From the NCBI GenBank assembly GCA_017499595.2, contig CM039001.1:1612001-1676000 (forward strand): 64,000 bases of DNA, written 5' to 3'. Position numbers and translations under genes: made by a program. The notes beneath the pieces were generated by a model that was not told the DNA's origin, made no database searches, and saw only the letters and a program-made list of their open reading frames with translations. Positions 13,112 through 26,405 of this stretch are shown here, in pieces; positions within the stretch are counted from its first letter, which is position 1, and every line of letters begins with the position of its first letter. The DNA comes from Psilocybe cubensis (taxonomy: Eukaryota).

Positions 13112-13847
13112 ATAACTCGCCCACGGAGTTTCCGGAGCAGCTTCGTGTTCCCAACCAAGCGTCATGTACGCTACTACTTCCAGCCATCCACGGGCGCTCT
13201 TGATTCGATATTCACGTTAGGTTTACGTGTCATCGTTCATGTCAACCTCGTCAGCCCTTAGGCATTGGAATCTGCTCTTTGCAGACCATATCTCCTCTGC
13301 CCTACTAGCTGTTAAGACACCCAAAATTTCGTCCACGTCGTGCGACGCCAAATTGGGAAATTCCTTGCAGCTCCGCATGCCCACCAAGGGCGAGCAGAAA
13401 AAGAGGCATCATTCCTTATAGCCTTGCGCAACTATAGTATGAACATGAAACGGACATTTATGTATTTATTTTCTAGATATTTTGGACTACGAACCTTCTT
13501 ATTGACTTATAGATGTAACTATTTATCAATCAATTGATCAAAGTCACACAATGCAGTGGAACTAATGTATTTTTCCAAGAAATGCTACGGTTGTGTATGA
13601 AACATGTTAGGATTGTTGAAATCCGGATACCACAGCTACAACACGCAGAGAGTCCTGCTTCCTCGAATGAAGCACCCCGCGGGCCACATCGTGCAGCATC
13701 GTGCCCCTTGTTTTTGGGTGACGTGAACGCCGTCTATATTGAATATTATCGCCACAAGCACGGAACGGTCAAAACGCCTCTTCTCTCGAAGGTCGTCATA
13801 AATTAACCAGATCGCGAACGCTGTTGAAGCGGAAGATAGAAATCAAT

Positions 13848-16556
13848 TCAAGCGTAATTCTCGCGAGCCCACTTGGCAGCCTCAACAAGGTTGACGAGCG
13901 AAGCTACGAAAGGGATCAGACATTGAAATAATCAACAAGTGCATATATTCAAACTCACCCTCAGTCTCTTTCCAACCACGGGTCTTGAGACCGCAATCAG
14001 GGTTGACGAAGAGGAGGGAGTCAGGAAGAATGTCAAGCATGGACTTGAGGCGGTCCTTGATCTCCTGGGATCCAGGAACACGTGGAGAGTGTATATCGTA
14101 GACACCGGGACCGATCTGGTTAGAGTAGCCATAGTGCTTGAATGTATTCAAGAGCTTCATGTCACTCTTAGAGGCTTCGATAGAGATGACATCAGCATCA
14201 AGGCGTTGGATAGAAGGGAAGATGTCATCGAAGTCAGAGTAGCAGAAGTGGGAGTGGGTTTGCAGTTGATCGGTAACACCAGCAGTAGCAAGCTTGAAGG
14301 AGTCAACGGCCCACTTAAGGTACTCATCCCAATCGGAGCGACGAAGAGGCAACTAGAGAACGTAATCAGAACATATGTCAATAGAGCTGAAACGCTGACG
14401 TACTCCTTCGCGGATGGCAGGTTCATCGACCTGGATTGCGCTGATACCAGCCTTCTCGAGATCAACAACTTCGTCGCGGAGAGCAAGGGCCAGTTGCTTG
14501 GATTGCAACTCTCTCGAAACATCGGCACGAGGGAAGGACCAGTTGAGGATGGTGACGGGACCAGTCAACATGCCCTTCATGGGCTTGTTGGTCAAGCTCT
14601 GAGCGTAGCTGGACCACTTGACGGTCATGGGGTGGGGACGGCTGACGTCGGAGACGATGATGGGAGGTCGGACGTAGCTATCCCTTTGGGTAAGAAATAG
14701 TTGAGGACAATTGAAATGGAAAGACGTACCGAGAACCGTAGCTCTGAACCCAGGCATTTTGAGTAAAAACAAACCCTTGCAGTTGTTCACCGAAATATTG
14801 AACCATGTCATTTCGCTCGGGCTCTCCATGTACCAAAAGGTCAATGCCAATCTTCTCTTGGAATCGAACGACAGTCTCGATTTCCTTTTTGATGAATTCT
14901 TCGTACTGCGCCTCGGTGATTTCACCCTTTCCAAGCTTAGCACGAGCCTGGCGAATCTCTTTGGTTTGCTAAACGATCGCAAAAAATTAGTTGAGCCGTA
15001 ATATCTTAAGAGTGAGTGAGACATACAGGGAAAGATCCAATGGTGGTGGTGGGGAACTTGGGCAAGTTAAGGTGCTTAGCCTGTACTTTCTTTCGTTCGG
15101 TAAATGGGCTTTTACGCTCTAATTGATCGGGAGTAATGGCGGCGACGCGCTTGCGAACACCGTCATCAGAGCTACTCTCAAACTCGCGACGCTTAGAAAT
15201 GGAAACTTTGTTGGCTTCAAGAGCAGCAGCAATGGCAGAGTCCTGGGATCCCGAGAGGACGGCCGCGATGGTAGCAACCTCACCAGCCTTCTCCAAGGCA
15301 AATGAGAACCAATCCTTCTGCTCGGCAGTGAGCTTGTTCTCATTGGCGAGGGTGACGGGAGTGTGAAGAAGAGAAGAAGAGGTGGCAACGATGATACGGT
15401 CTTGGCCAAGGATTTCAATAGCCTTCTGTCCAAGTTTGACAGCCGCGGCAAAGTCTGTCTTCCAGATGTTACGGCCAGAAACGAGACCAAGCGACAAAAC
15501 GATGTTTGTACCCTTGATGGTAGTAGCAACAGACTCAAGCTGTCCGGGAGCCCTGTCGAGGTCAATGTGAAGACCAGCGACGGGAAGCTTAGCAACGATG
15601 TTGACATTGCTGTCGAGGCGGGAGAAATAAGTAGTGAGGAGGATTTTAGGGGCAACCTTGGCAAGAGCGGCATAGGTGGCTATGAATGGGGATTCCAAAG
15701 TTGCAGCGGCATCGAGAACAAGGACGGGTTCATCGACTTGAACCCACTCGGCACCAGCGGCCTTGAGATCAGCAAGGAGGGTTTCGTAGATAGGAATGAG
15801 TTTAGGTAAAAGGCTGATTGGTTGGAATCCAGGCTTCGCATCCTTGCTGGCTTTACCAAGGACGAGGAAGGAGATGGGGCCAAGGACAACAGGACGAGTG
15901 GTGACACCTGCGGCCTGAGCTTCTTTGAACTCTTCAACAGCTTTGTTGAAGTTCAACTTGAAATTTGTTTCCTCGGAGAACTCAGGAACGACAAAATGAT
16001 AATTTGAGTCGAACCTGTGATAGAAAATAGCAGAGGGATTAGTGAGACCTTAAAAAGATTTTCCAATAGATAAATATAGAACATACCATTTCTTCATCTC
16101 GGATGCGGGGACATCGACACCATCGGCTTGGCGTCCGCGACCCATGGCAAAGTAAACATCGAGAGGAGACAATCCAAGTCCAACATAACGCTTGGGGATG
16201 ACGTTGAAAGCGGCTGAGTGATCAAGGACGTGGTCGTAAAGAGAGAACTCGCCGCTATAATTTTATCGTCAATAACAAGATGATCAGTAAGGAGGAGATA
16301 ACAAACCTGGGGACGAAGTCGACACCTTGGGCCTTGACGGAGGTCCAGCTGGCCTTTTTAACGTCAGCAGCGACCTTGGTGAGGTCATCAGCAGAAATTT
16401 TCCCGGCCCAGTAAGCTTCAACAGCTTTCTTGATTTCACGGTTGGCACCTAGACAATCAGGAAGTGTCAGCTACGAGATCGCGTGCGGTAGTGCACGGAG
16501 GTAATAACATGGACCTCACCAATGCGAGGGAAACCGAGAACACTAGAGGAAACCAT
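13848..16556 (-). CDS. MET6: Cobalamin-independent methionine synthase
   Basis: [55 protein letters not shown]. Strong high-expression codon bias. Confidence 0.98.
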
Positions 16557-17271
16557 TTTGTATATAGTGAGGGATGTGGGAGTAAGAGATGAAAGAGATT
16601 CTCAAAAAAACGGGTGAGGATTGCGCTTATAAGATCCCCGCACGTGCCCCTGGACCCCTGATAATCGATCGCAACAAATTCGCCACCATTGTGCGACGAT
16701 TTCACTTGATATTTCAAAGTGGCTCCACATTTTTTATTCCACTTTGGAACGCGAATCAACGCGAACACACTGCAGCCAACGCGGACAGAAGAGCCCATTT
16801 TTACCAGAAGTGGTCAAACGGTAAAGAAACAACTTGTTCAACCGAATAATTAAAAATACTTACACCTTTAAATCGAAGGCTGCATCGTCGAGAAGTCCTT
16901 TTTCAAAGCCATAATATTTTGGTCCTTTTGTTTTCACAAATTTTATTTTTTATTATCTACGTTTTTTTTCATCGCGAGACATTTTTACATTATTTTGTGG
17001 TCCTCGGCCGATAGGACATATTTTATGGTCAATCGCGGGTTTACTATTTTTTTAATTAGAGATTACCATGTCCGTAGAGGCCAGTCCACGAAACAGGAGT
17101 GCGGTAGTGACAATGATGACGAGGCTTTTCAGAGGCCCAATGTCCATAACCAACTTGGAAGAAATAATTAGCCCCGACGCCAATCAAAGAGACCAATGAA
17201 CACACACCTATCCAGATAGCGGTGGCATAAAGAAGGAGAAAGTAAAAAAAGAAAGAAGAAGAACAAAACAA

Positions 17272-18724
17272 TCAGGCACTCTTGGAAGTCGACAATCCTC
17301 GGAGCCGTTGAATGGCTGAACGGAAGAAATCGCCTCCTCGAGATCGTTTGGCTTTGACGCTAATTGGTCTGAACTTGCTGAGGAATGTGGTACTTGGAAG
17401 TCGTACAGGTTCTCCGAGCCCCTCTTCCTCCGGGATGTCGGGCACTGCAACCGAAGGCTCTACTGCATTTGCAGCCGGTGTGATGGGGCCTCTACTCTCT
17501 GGACCCGATGAAGAACCCGATGATGGTTCCGAACGGGATTCCACCGAATCGCCGATAGTGAAGATACCCAGCGCGTTGTTGACAGGGTCGATATCCCGAA
17601 AAGAAGAAGGAACTTTCCGAGCATGAGCAATGTATGGGTGGTCGACGACAGGACTAGGGAAGATATAGCACTCATCGGAACCCCGAGAGTGCTGGGAAAA
17701 GATAGATCTCTCCGCTGCAGGCTTAGACACAACTGGTCGACCGGCCTCAGCAGATGGAGTCTTCTTGATATCTTCCTGTGCCCTGGATGTCTCCTGATGC
17801 TCATAGTCGAAGAATTCCTTGATCTGAAGGATTTCGGCGCGCAGTGCTGGAAGGGAGATTCGGCTCAGCGGGTTCATGGTGAAAATCTTCTTCAGAAGCG
17901 TGTTGATCTCTTCTGAGATGGGCAAAACACGACGAAGGAAGTTATTGTCGTGAATGAATGCCGAAAAACATTCGTCGTCAGAAGTAGCATATCGCCAAGG
18001 GTTGCGTCCAGTGATCATGTTGGTCAAAATGACGCCTAGTGCCCAAACGTCGTTATGTCGAGTTGAATATATGCCGGAGGTGATTCCTTTTCCAATACAT
18101 TCTGAAAAGACCACAATGGTTTAGAATGGCGAGCAAGGCAATTATGAATTACTCACCTGGGCTCATATAATAAGAACTTCCACAGCCGAAATCACTACAG
18201 ACTGGACTTTGAATCGACAGTCCGAAATCGGCCAAGCGCACATCCGTGCCGTCCCGAGAACATAGGACATTCTCAGGCTTTATGTCTCGGTGAAAAATAC
18301 CCAAGTCATGGCAGTACTGGACCCCATCTATGAGTTGAAGGAAAGCACTCCTGATAAGCTCGGTGTTGTCTTGAAAGATCTGCCTCTCCGTAATCGCCGC
18401 GAACAAGTCGCCTCCACAGCACAAATCCAAGACGACGTAGACGAACCTGTCGTCGTTGAAATGGTGATGGAAAGCGACGACATTGGGATGCCCAGAGACC
18501 AGCTTGTGGTTGGCAAACTCTCGTTGTTGGAGCAACTCGGTGTGGGAACCGGGCGCAGGCTTGTTCAAGCATTTGATCGCATAGAACCTGGCCTTCGCGG
18601 TAGTGTCGGAGGCACGGTAGACCTTTCCATACGCGCCGGATCCCAGAGACTCGAGGAGATGATAGCCATTGAGGACACGACCAGTGAAGTCGGGCATGAG
18701 TTCGGATTGAGCAACGCGTGCCAT
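17272..18724 (-). CDS. Ran1/Pat1 (Ksp1/Sks1-like) Ser/Thr protein kinase, 2 exons
   Basis: LGSGAYGKV, YAIK, HRDIKPEN, LADFGL, FGCGSSYYMSPEC, NDVWALGVILTNMITGRNPW. Confidence 0.9.
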
Positions 18725-19222
18725 GATTGATTGTTGAATGAAGTTGAAGTTGTAGGTGTAAAATTGAATGAATAAAGGTTGAAAGAATGAATTCAAGCGT
18801 CAGATACCAGCTGATGATTGAGTGGGAGAGGTGAAAAAAAATGAAGATAGTGGTTGTAAGTTGGGGGGACAACAAGAAAGACATGATGCTATAAGGAGGC
18901 TCGGAGGCCAGTCAGAAACCTAAGAGACATGAGAGATTGTAAAGCAGACGATGACAATGGATTTTGTCGCTGACTAGAACGCTGGGACGAGCAGGACAAG
19001 TTTTAGAAGGAAAGGAGTTTGACTGGGACTGGATTATGGTTTGCGACTAAGTTCGTTCGGCACGATCACGGCAGTGGGGTAGATCAGATCAACCCTAGTA
19101 CCCCGCTATTTATCCGGAATACCCCCGTTACTTACCCCTGATGCCGGCCCGTCTGGCTAAATGTACAGCGGTCTCGTATAAAAGTCTTGTCTTGCGTTCT
19201 TATCTCCGTGTTTTTCCCTACA

Positions 19223-20936
19223 ATGGCCACAGATAACCCCTCCTTTGTTCTTCGTGCCGTCGAGGATGTTGTCTATGAGCAGCGCCCCGTCCCAGAAAGT
19301 TTGTCTCTTTTGTTTTCCAGATCTACCCTCTCCCTGACACCAGTGATCATCCAGTCAGAGAAAATGAAGTTCTCGTGGCGGTGAAAAAAACAGGCACTTA
19401 TCTTATCTCTTCATCTTTGATTTTTCTTGTTGATCATCTACACCTTAGGAATCTGTGGCTCTGATGCATGCTATTCTCCTTCGATAGCCGGTTGAGTGTT
19501 CGTTAACCTATCTGTCAGGTCCATTACCTTGTCCATGGTCGTATTGGCGACTTCGTCGTCAAAGAACCAATGGTTCGCTTTTTAGAGTGTGTCATCACGA
19601 GTTGTATTGACAATTATTGCAGGTTCTTGGCCACGAATCTGCTGGAGTCGTTTCAAAAGGTGTGTATGCTCTTTGTTCGGGTGCAAGAAACAATTAACGA
19701 TTAAGGATGTTACAGTTGGCTCAAACGTCAAGACCCTCAAAGTAGGCGACAGAGTGGCCATGGAACCAGGTGCTACTTGCCGTGAGTTTATTCTACTCAA
19801 CCTATCTAAATTTCATGTCGAATGTTGTCGATTCAGGTAACTGCGATGCATGCAAAGCTGGTCGATACAATGTATGTGGATGCTATTGATTTACGAAATT
19901 ACTCGACAATCTCATTCTTACGTGCAGCTATGCACCGACATTGTCTTTGCTGCCACTCCCCCATACGATGGAACTCTTGGACGTTTTTATCGCTTACCGG
20001 CTGATTTAGCTTACCCACTCCCAGACAACGTCACCCTTGAGGATGGTGCCATGGTAAGTAATTTGGTATTGTACTAGCACTTCGTCGCTTACCCACTTTA
20101 GATGGAACCACTGGCAGTCGGCGTACATTCAGTTTCCAACCTTGGTGGATTCCGAGCAAGTCAATCCATTGCCGTATTCGGTTGTGGTCCGGTAGGACTT
20201 TTGTGCATGGCCGTCGCTAAAGCCATTGGTGCTTCAAGGATCATCGCCGTGGATATTGTTCCCGCCCGACTGGAATTTGCCAAAGCCTATGCCGCTACCG
20301 ATGTATATCTCCCACCTAAATTCGAGGAAGGAGAGGCAAGAATCGACTATAGCAGGAGAAACGCCAACCTGATGAAAGAGACACTTGGAATTGAAGAGAG
20401 AGGATCCAAAGCCATTGATCTTGTCATTGATGCCAGTGGTGCAGAAGTCTCAATCCAAACAGGGTTTTACATTGTCAAGTCAGGTGGCACTTTTGTTCAA
20501 GTACGTTTGAATGTCGGATTATATCGCCTAAATTGAGCGTGGATTCTACAGGTTGGAATGGGAAACCCACACGTAACTCTTGACCTTGGCCAGCTCATGA
20601 CAAAGGAGCTCAACTATAAGGGCTCTTTCCGATATGGGGTGTGTTACTCTCACATTACCAGTATACTGCATCATAGCATGGTATTGATCTATCTTTAGCC
20701 CGGAGATTACCCTCTTGCTATTTCTTTCGTGGCTCATGGCAAGATTGATTTGAAACCCTTGGTGACTCACAGGTTAGTGGAGTTGAATTCTGTTTGATGA
20801 TTTGATTTAATTCCCCCGTTTTAGATACAAATTTGAGGACGCAGTTGCAGCCTTCAAAGCAACGCGCACGGGGAAGAGCGAAGATGGCAAAGGTGTCATC
20901 AAGGCCATTATCTCTGGACCAGACGCTGAAGACTAA
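19223..20936 (+). CDS. Zn-dependent xylitol/sorbitol dehydrogenase (MDR family), many small exons
   Basis: TGICGSDVHY, VLGHESAG, GDRVAMEPG..C..C..CK.G.YQLC, VFGCGPVGL, GSFRYGPGDY. TATAAAA at 19177. Confidence 0.93.
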
Positions 20937-21420
20937 TGGGGCCGTTACACATAGAGGGTATACTTATGGGGCTTTAAGCTATTTGTATCATATATATTAC
21001 AACGAATGAATGAAAAAATGAATGTACTACATAATTTATTACCCTCTCATCTACGGGCCCCTATTGTATTATCAACGTGCTACAACATGAACAACGGACG
21101 TGGACATGGCTTCGGGATCTTTTGTTTTTTTATATATAAGCAACTGTTTTCTTCCCTGTTCATTGATAATCGATTGGTACATTTTTGTGTCCGGACCTAA
21201 TTTGTATCATCCAAATAATGTAAATTAATAAGATTGACAGTTTTACAGCATTGTTCACCAAACCCAGGTCTTTTAAATTTTTGCATAACAGTTGACTATT
21301 CAATATTCAATTCCCAGGCGAGTCCAGGTGGCAGCTAACCAAAATTAATCTCATTCGATCCAAGTCGTTCTCCCATTGCCCAAATCCTTTGTCACTACAC
21401 TCTATTTCATCGGTTAGACG

Positions 21421-22646
21421 ATGAGTTACTCGACACGAAATTCCTTTTATCTTCGCATCTCCAAAAACATCGTGCTACCCATATACGTATGCTACTGGTC
21501 AGATCACCTCATTGGTCAGGTGTGCTCAACGAATGCCTTTTGCGAACTTAACTTTAGGTCTATCTCGATGAGCGACATGTAAACTGGATGTCAGACACTG
21601 TTCTGCAACATGTGTTATCTGATCTGCGTCCCCAGTGAGTTTCACCTATCCCTTCTGATTGACTGACGAACGTCGTCAATGTTATGCTGAAAATCATTCG
21701 ACATGTAGTATTCTACCGAAGTTGAGAACTGAAGCTGATGGGCTTAAGAGTGGCTCTTCGATACATACGAATGCTACCGTTGACACACATAGAGGCGGTA
21801 AGCAGTGCGGCATTCACTAACAGACTCGTCATCACCTCTTTCCCTTCAGATTCCTACCAATTTTGCTATTTCATTCGTAAAACGGAGCCTCATTCGGTCG
21901 TTATTAAGGTGAATGAGTAGCACTGATATTGGAACAGAGGTTGACACAATTTCTTTCAGACTAGGAACTTCCGAACTGCACCCAGACGAACCCCGTCAAC
22001 TATTTCATCAAACGTAGCACCCTCATCAAGTAAAAGGCAGGCGAAAAGGAGAGATATATCAACCTCTAACCAAGCGAAGAACAAAAGGCGTAGAACAGAG
22101 TCGAATATCCAAGAAGAGAGCGACATTGCAATGATAGGCGAGGATGATATAAATGCGGATGAAGCTAGTATCAATGCAGACGCTGAAATTCCCCCCATTG
22201 AGCTCGAGATAGAGGAAGAGGAAGCAAAGCCAAAACCTGTTCTAGGCTTGACATATCAAGGTTTCAGTATATACGGACAATGTTTGTGTGTGGTGGTTGA
22301 ACCTTGGCCCGTTGTACGGTCATCGACAGTCGCACCTGTGTTTGCAAAAGCAACACAATCATCGCAACCTATAGTCCGAGCGCAAACTCCTCTATTTCTT
22401 CCTGAGGAGCAAGAAGATACAGAAAATCATCAACAACCTTGGCGCTCAAATATTAACCAAGCTTACCTCCACCAAGTTCTTAAAGAGGTGGACCCGTCGG
22501 ACAACGAGGATGACATGGGTGGGATGCTTGAATATAGTCAAGTGCTCAAAAACATAAGTGGTGACAGAGCTGGAGCTGTTAACGATGATGAAGATATCGA
22601 TGGATCTATCCTTTTCGGCGATGCAGATGAATTTAAAGAGTTGTAA
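21421..22646 (+). CDS. Hypothetical protein, multi-exon
   Basis: MSYSTRNSFYLRISKNIVLPIY|VYLDERHVNWMSD... linked by canonical introns to ORF 22131..22646 (KPKPVLGLTYQGFSIYGQCLCVVVEPWP). Confidence 0.7.
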
Positions 22647-22735
22647 TAGATCGTATAGTGAATTAAGAATATTATAGCATAACTTTTATAAGATTTTTTG
22701 TCGTTACCCATTCTACTCTAGTATCCTGCTCCGAC

Positions 22736-25266
22736 CTATGCTCGTCCGATCTCTCTGAGAATTTCGAGTTTGCGTTCTTCGTTAACTTCTTCGAAACCGG
22801 CGTTGGACATTTCAAATGTTCCGTGTCCTTCTGATAAGGAACGTAACCGATTTGAGTAATCGAGAAATTGGCTTAATGGCGCAATGGCCTGTATGGAGCG
22901 CTTTATGTGAGAGCCGCGACTGTGAACTCGAGATGTTGGCGCTCCAGAGGGTGATAACCAATCTGGCGGAATATATACACCATCCTCAGAATAGCCCTCC
23001 ACCTCGGAACCATCATTTGAACTATTTCCACCTTCGAGGTCCAATAATTGGCCACCACGTTCAGTCAAATCCTTGACCACTTTTCCTAAATTGCTTTCGC
23101 CGACTGAAATTTTTAGCAAGACTGATGGTTCCAATAATGGACCAAATCCTGCGTCGCGAATACGTTTTCGAAGAGCGGTAGCCGTTGCTCCTGTGATAAG
23201 TGACGGAACTTTAGATCCGATGTTTTTTAAGCTGCCGATTTGGATGTGCAATCGCGTCATTGGCAAAGACGAATGTGGAGAATTGGACAAAGCGCTAAGC
23301 ACTCCATCCGCTGCATATGTCAAAGGCAATCCAGGCATAGATTCGGGAGCTGGGACAGGTCTTCCCTTTTCATCAATTACAATGTTCCCGTCCCAGACAG
23401 GGTCACCCTTTTCGTCAGGCTCCAAAGCGCGAATTTTAAGAGGGGCGGTCAAAGTAACAGGCTTGCCACCGATATCAGTTTCCCAGACGTTCCAATTCGG
23501 CGAAGGTTCCCGAGGTCCCAATGCCTCTCGATAGCTAACGTATCTTCGGCCAAATTCAAAATTAACTTTCCATTCATCGTGCAATCGGCCCTCCACAATT
23601 TCCAAATGAAGAGCACCGAGGCCATGCACAAGTATTTGGCCTTCTTGAATATCGACACGAAGGGAAGGGTCTGTTCGCGTTAAAGATTCCAGAGCGTTTT
23701 GAACGGGTTGGAGGTCCGCATGAGAACGAGGGATGACGGAGGCTGATATCACTGCTGGAGGGGGAGTGATATCGCGTAACGTCGATCTAAAGGATTCTGA
23801 TGCGCCTGATGCAACCAATGTATCACCCGTTCTCGTATATTTTAAACCCAGGATTACTCCAACTGAACCAAAGGGAAGTTCGTCAACCTCTTTGGCCTCT
23901 GAGGCGTAGAGTAAGAGCAATTTCGAGACCTTTTCTTTCTGATTCCTATTAGTGTTCAAAAGAAGTGTTTGTCGGGTAAGCTTTCCTACAAATGAATGTT
24001 AATAAAAAGATGTACGGAGTAAATGTTTTATAAACTTGCCCGCATAAACACGAACGAATGTCATCCAACCTCTCTTGTCATCCCAATTAACTTTCCAGGC
24101 AAGTAACTGAACGGGTGTATTAGATTTCCAAACCTGTGGGCTTACATCCGTTGGGCTTGCAAGTAGTTCCCCAACATAATCCATAACAAGCTCGGTACCT
24201 ATGTGCTTTGCTGCCGCACCACATACAACTGGTAGCATATGGCACCCAAGTGATGCTTCACGAAGATGCTTCATTACAACGTCATCGTCAATTTGGAGAT
24301 ACGCAGATGGATCGGAGGGCAAGTTGAGTAGAATTTCCATGAAACTCTCCGAGATCATGGAGAGATTTTCTAGTAGTTGAGTCCTAGCTGAAACCAAATG
24401 CGAGGATAGAGGATGTGAAGGAGGTAAAATGCTGTCTTTTTCCAAGTCGGTGATATTCCGGGGTAAAGGATACTTTGATACTTGTCCTTCTTCGTCCCAT
24501 TTCCAGACATTCCATCTAACAAGGTCAACCAAACCTTGGATTCCAGGCTCTCCTTCCGCATAGTGCTGAGGGTTGAAGGAAGCAACCGGAAGCGTAAGTG
24601 CGATAGGATTTTGGTGAAGTCTATGCTTTAAGAGAGACTTTAATGAGGACTTGAATGAAGCACCAGGTCTATCCAATTTGTTCAAAAAGATCATCCTAGT
24701 CCCAACGCCATACCTAGAAAATTGGGTAAGAGAAAATCTCCATTAAAATGCAATTATCTCACCTAGGGCACGCACCTGTCGAGCTGACGCCATACCCCTC
24801 GAGTCTGGGCCTCTACTCCTTCCACCGAGTCAATGAGAACAACAGCACCGTCCACGACGCGGCTTGCACTTTCTACTTCCATTCCAAAGTCAGCATGTCC
24901 AGGTGTATCAATAAGATTGAAGGTCCAATCTTTCCATTTGACTGGAATGCTAGCGGATTGCACTGTGATGCCTCTTTCTCGTTCGACAGGAAGGTAGTCA
25001 GTCGTTGTGCTTCCTGTATCCACGGTTCCAGATGCCGCCAGATACGATGATTTGAGTAGAATGGACTCCGTAAGAGTAGTTTTACCAGAGTCTGTAACAA
25101 TGTCAAACAAGAGGAAAAGGTATGAGATAGGCAGCTAACCTATATGAGCTACCAGAGCCATGTTCCGCAGTTTGGAAGGATGCTGAACGGACGTTGTAGC
25201 ATATTGGCGATGAACACAGTATATTATGGCCTGCCGAATGCCCTGCAAGTGACATCTTAAGACCAT
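22736..25266 (-). CDS. MEF2: Mitochondrial ribosome-recycling GTPase EF-G2 (RRF2mt)
   Basis: Presequence-like N-terminus, RNMALVAHIDSGKTT, ERERGITVQSA, IDTPGHADF, NKLD, GLGALHLEI. Confidence 0.9.
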
Positions 25267-25381
25267 GGACCCGAGACAAACTTCAGCAGGGTATGAGAAG
25301 AGCACAGGCGTTGAATGAAATTCAAATTGCCCAAATGAGCTGTTGCTGTACAACAATGGCAAATAACAGCTATTGTTTCTA

Positions 25382-26405
25382 ATGAACCAAACAAGACGGA
25401 CAACTCCTATATCTACCTCCTCTTTGGAATTCGATGGTTTTGAAGAAAGGATTAAACAACGCGTTAACATGACTACAAATCCTCTAGAAACCAACGCGCT
25501 CATTAATCGTCATCGCGGCCGTATACCCAACACACCACTCGGCTCATCTACTGTGGCCTTCCTTCTTGGCGGTGTTTTCGCCTCTGGACTCTACACATTC
25601 GTTTCTGATATCTACCAACCGTCTCATTGGCTCACCTACCAACTTGGGTTTTTTATTGCTGCGTGGGCTTTCTTTCACTGGGCAGAATTTGCTGTGACTG
25701 CAGGATGGAACCTGGAAAAGTGCAGCGTGGATTGTGAGCCCGTCACCTTTCGAAATTCGCTGTCGGTATTAATTTGTTGAAAGCATACCTCTTGGAAAAT
25801 GGTCCAATGTATCATATTGCTAATGGAGCTGCGCTGCTCGAATACCTCATCTCGCTGTACTTCTTCCCATCGTTCAAATCATGGCCTTATGTGTCGCAAA
25901 TTGGTTTGATCTTGTTGAATCGCAATTTGAAAACGTAATAATGTGGAATCTGGATCAGGTATCTTAATGGTCATCGTCGGCCAAACATTGCGTTCTTCGG
26001 CAATGATACATGCCTCGACAAGCTTTTCGCACACCGTGGCATTCCACAAGCGTGATAGCCACAAGCTGGTAACGGATGGGATCTATAGGTCGGTTCAGTT
26101 TGCTTTGTATACTTCATCGAGCTCATTGGCTTCAGTTGGTTCCGCCACCCCTCGTATGCTGGATTTTATTATTGGGCACTGGGAACCCAGCTAGTACTTC
26201 AAAACCCTGTCACATTCATTTTGTTTACAATGCTGCTTTGGCATTTCTTCTACCATCGCACTAGAGGTACGTACGGAACTCTTGGGAATATTTACTTGCT
26301 GAAGCATTAGCATTAGAGGAAGAGCGCCTCCTGGTCAAGTTCTTCGGTGATGAGTATATCAACTACAGGCGTCGGGTTGGAACCATGATTCCATTCGTGC
26401 CCTAA
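25382..26405 (+). CDS. STE14: Isoprenylcysteine carboxyl methyltransferase
   Basis: FFHWAEF, HKLVTDGIY..FRHPSYAGFYYWALGTQ, EEERLLVKFFGDEYINYRRRVGTMIPFVP*. Confidence 0.93.

Noticed and set aside
13939-15809. Long plus-strand ORFs antisense to MET6
   Set aside because: Shadow ORFs produced by the strong codon bias of a highly expressed gene, with no independent motifs.
17272-26405. Mating-type locus suggested by STE14 and a Pat1-like kinase
   Set aside because: No STE3 receptors, CaaX pheromone precursors, homeodomain genes or MIP seen.
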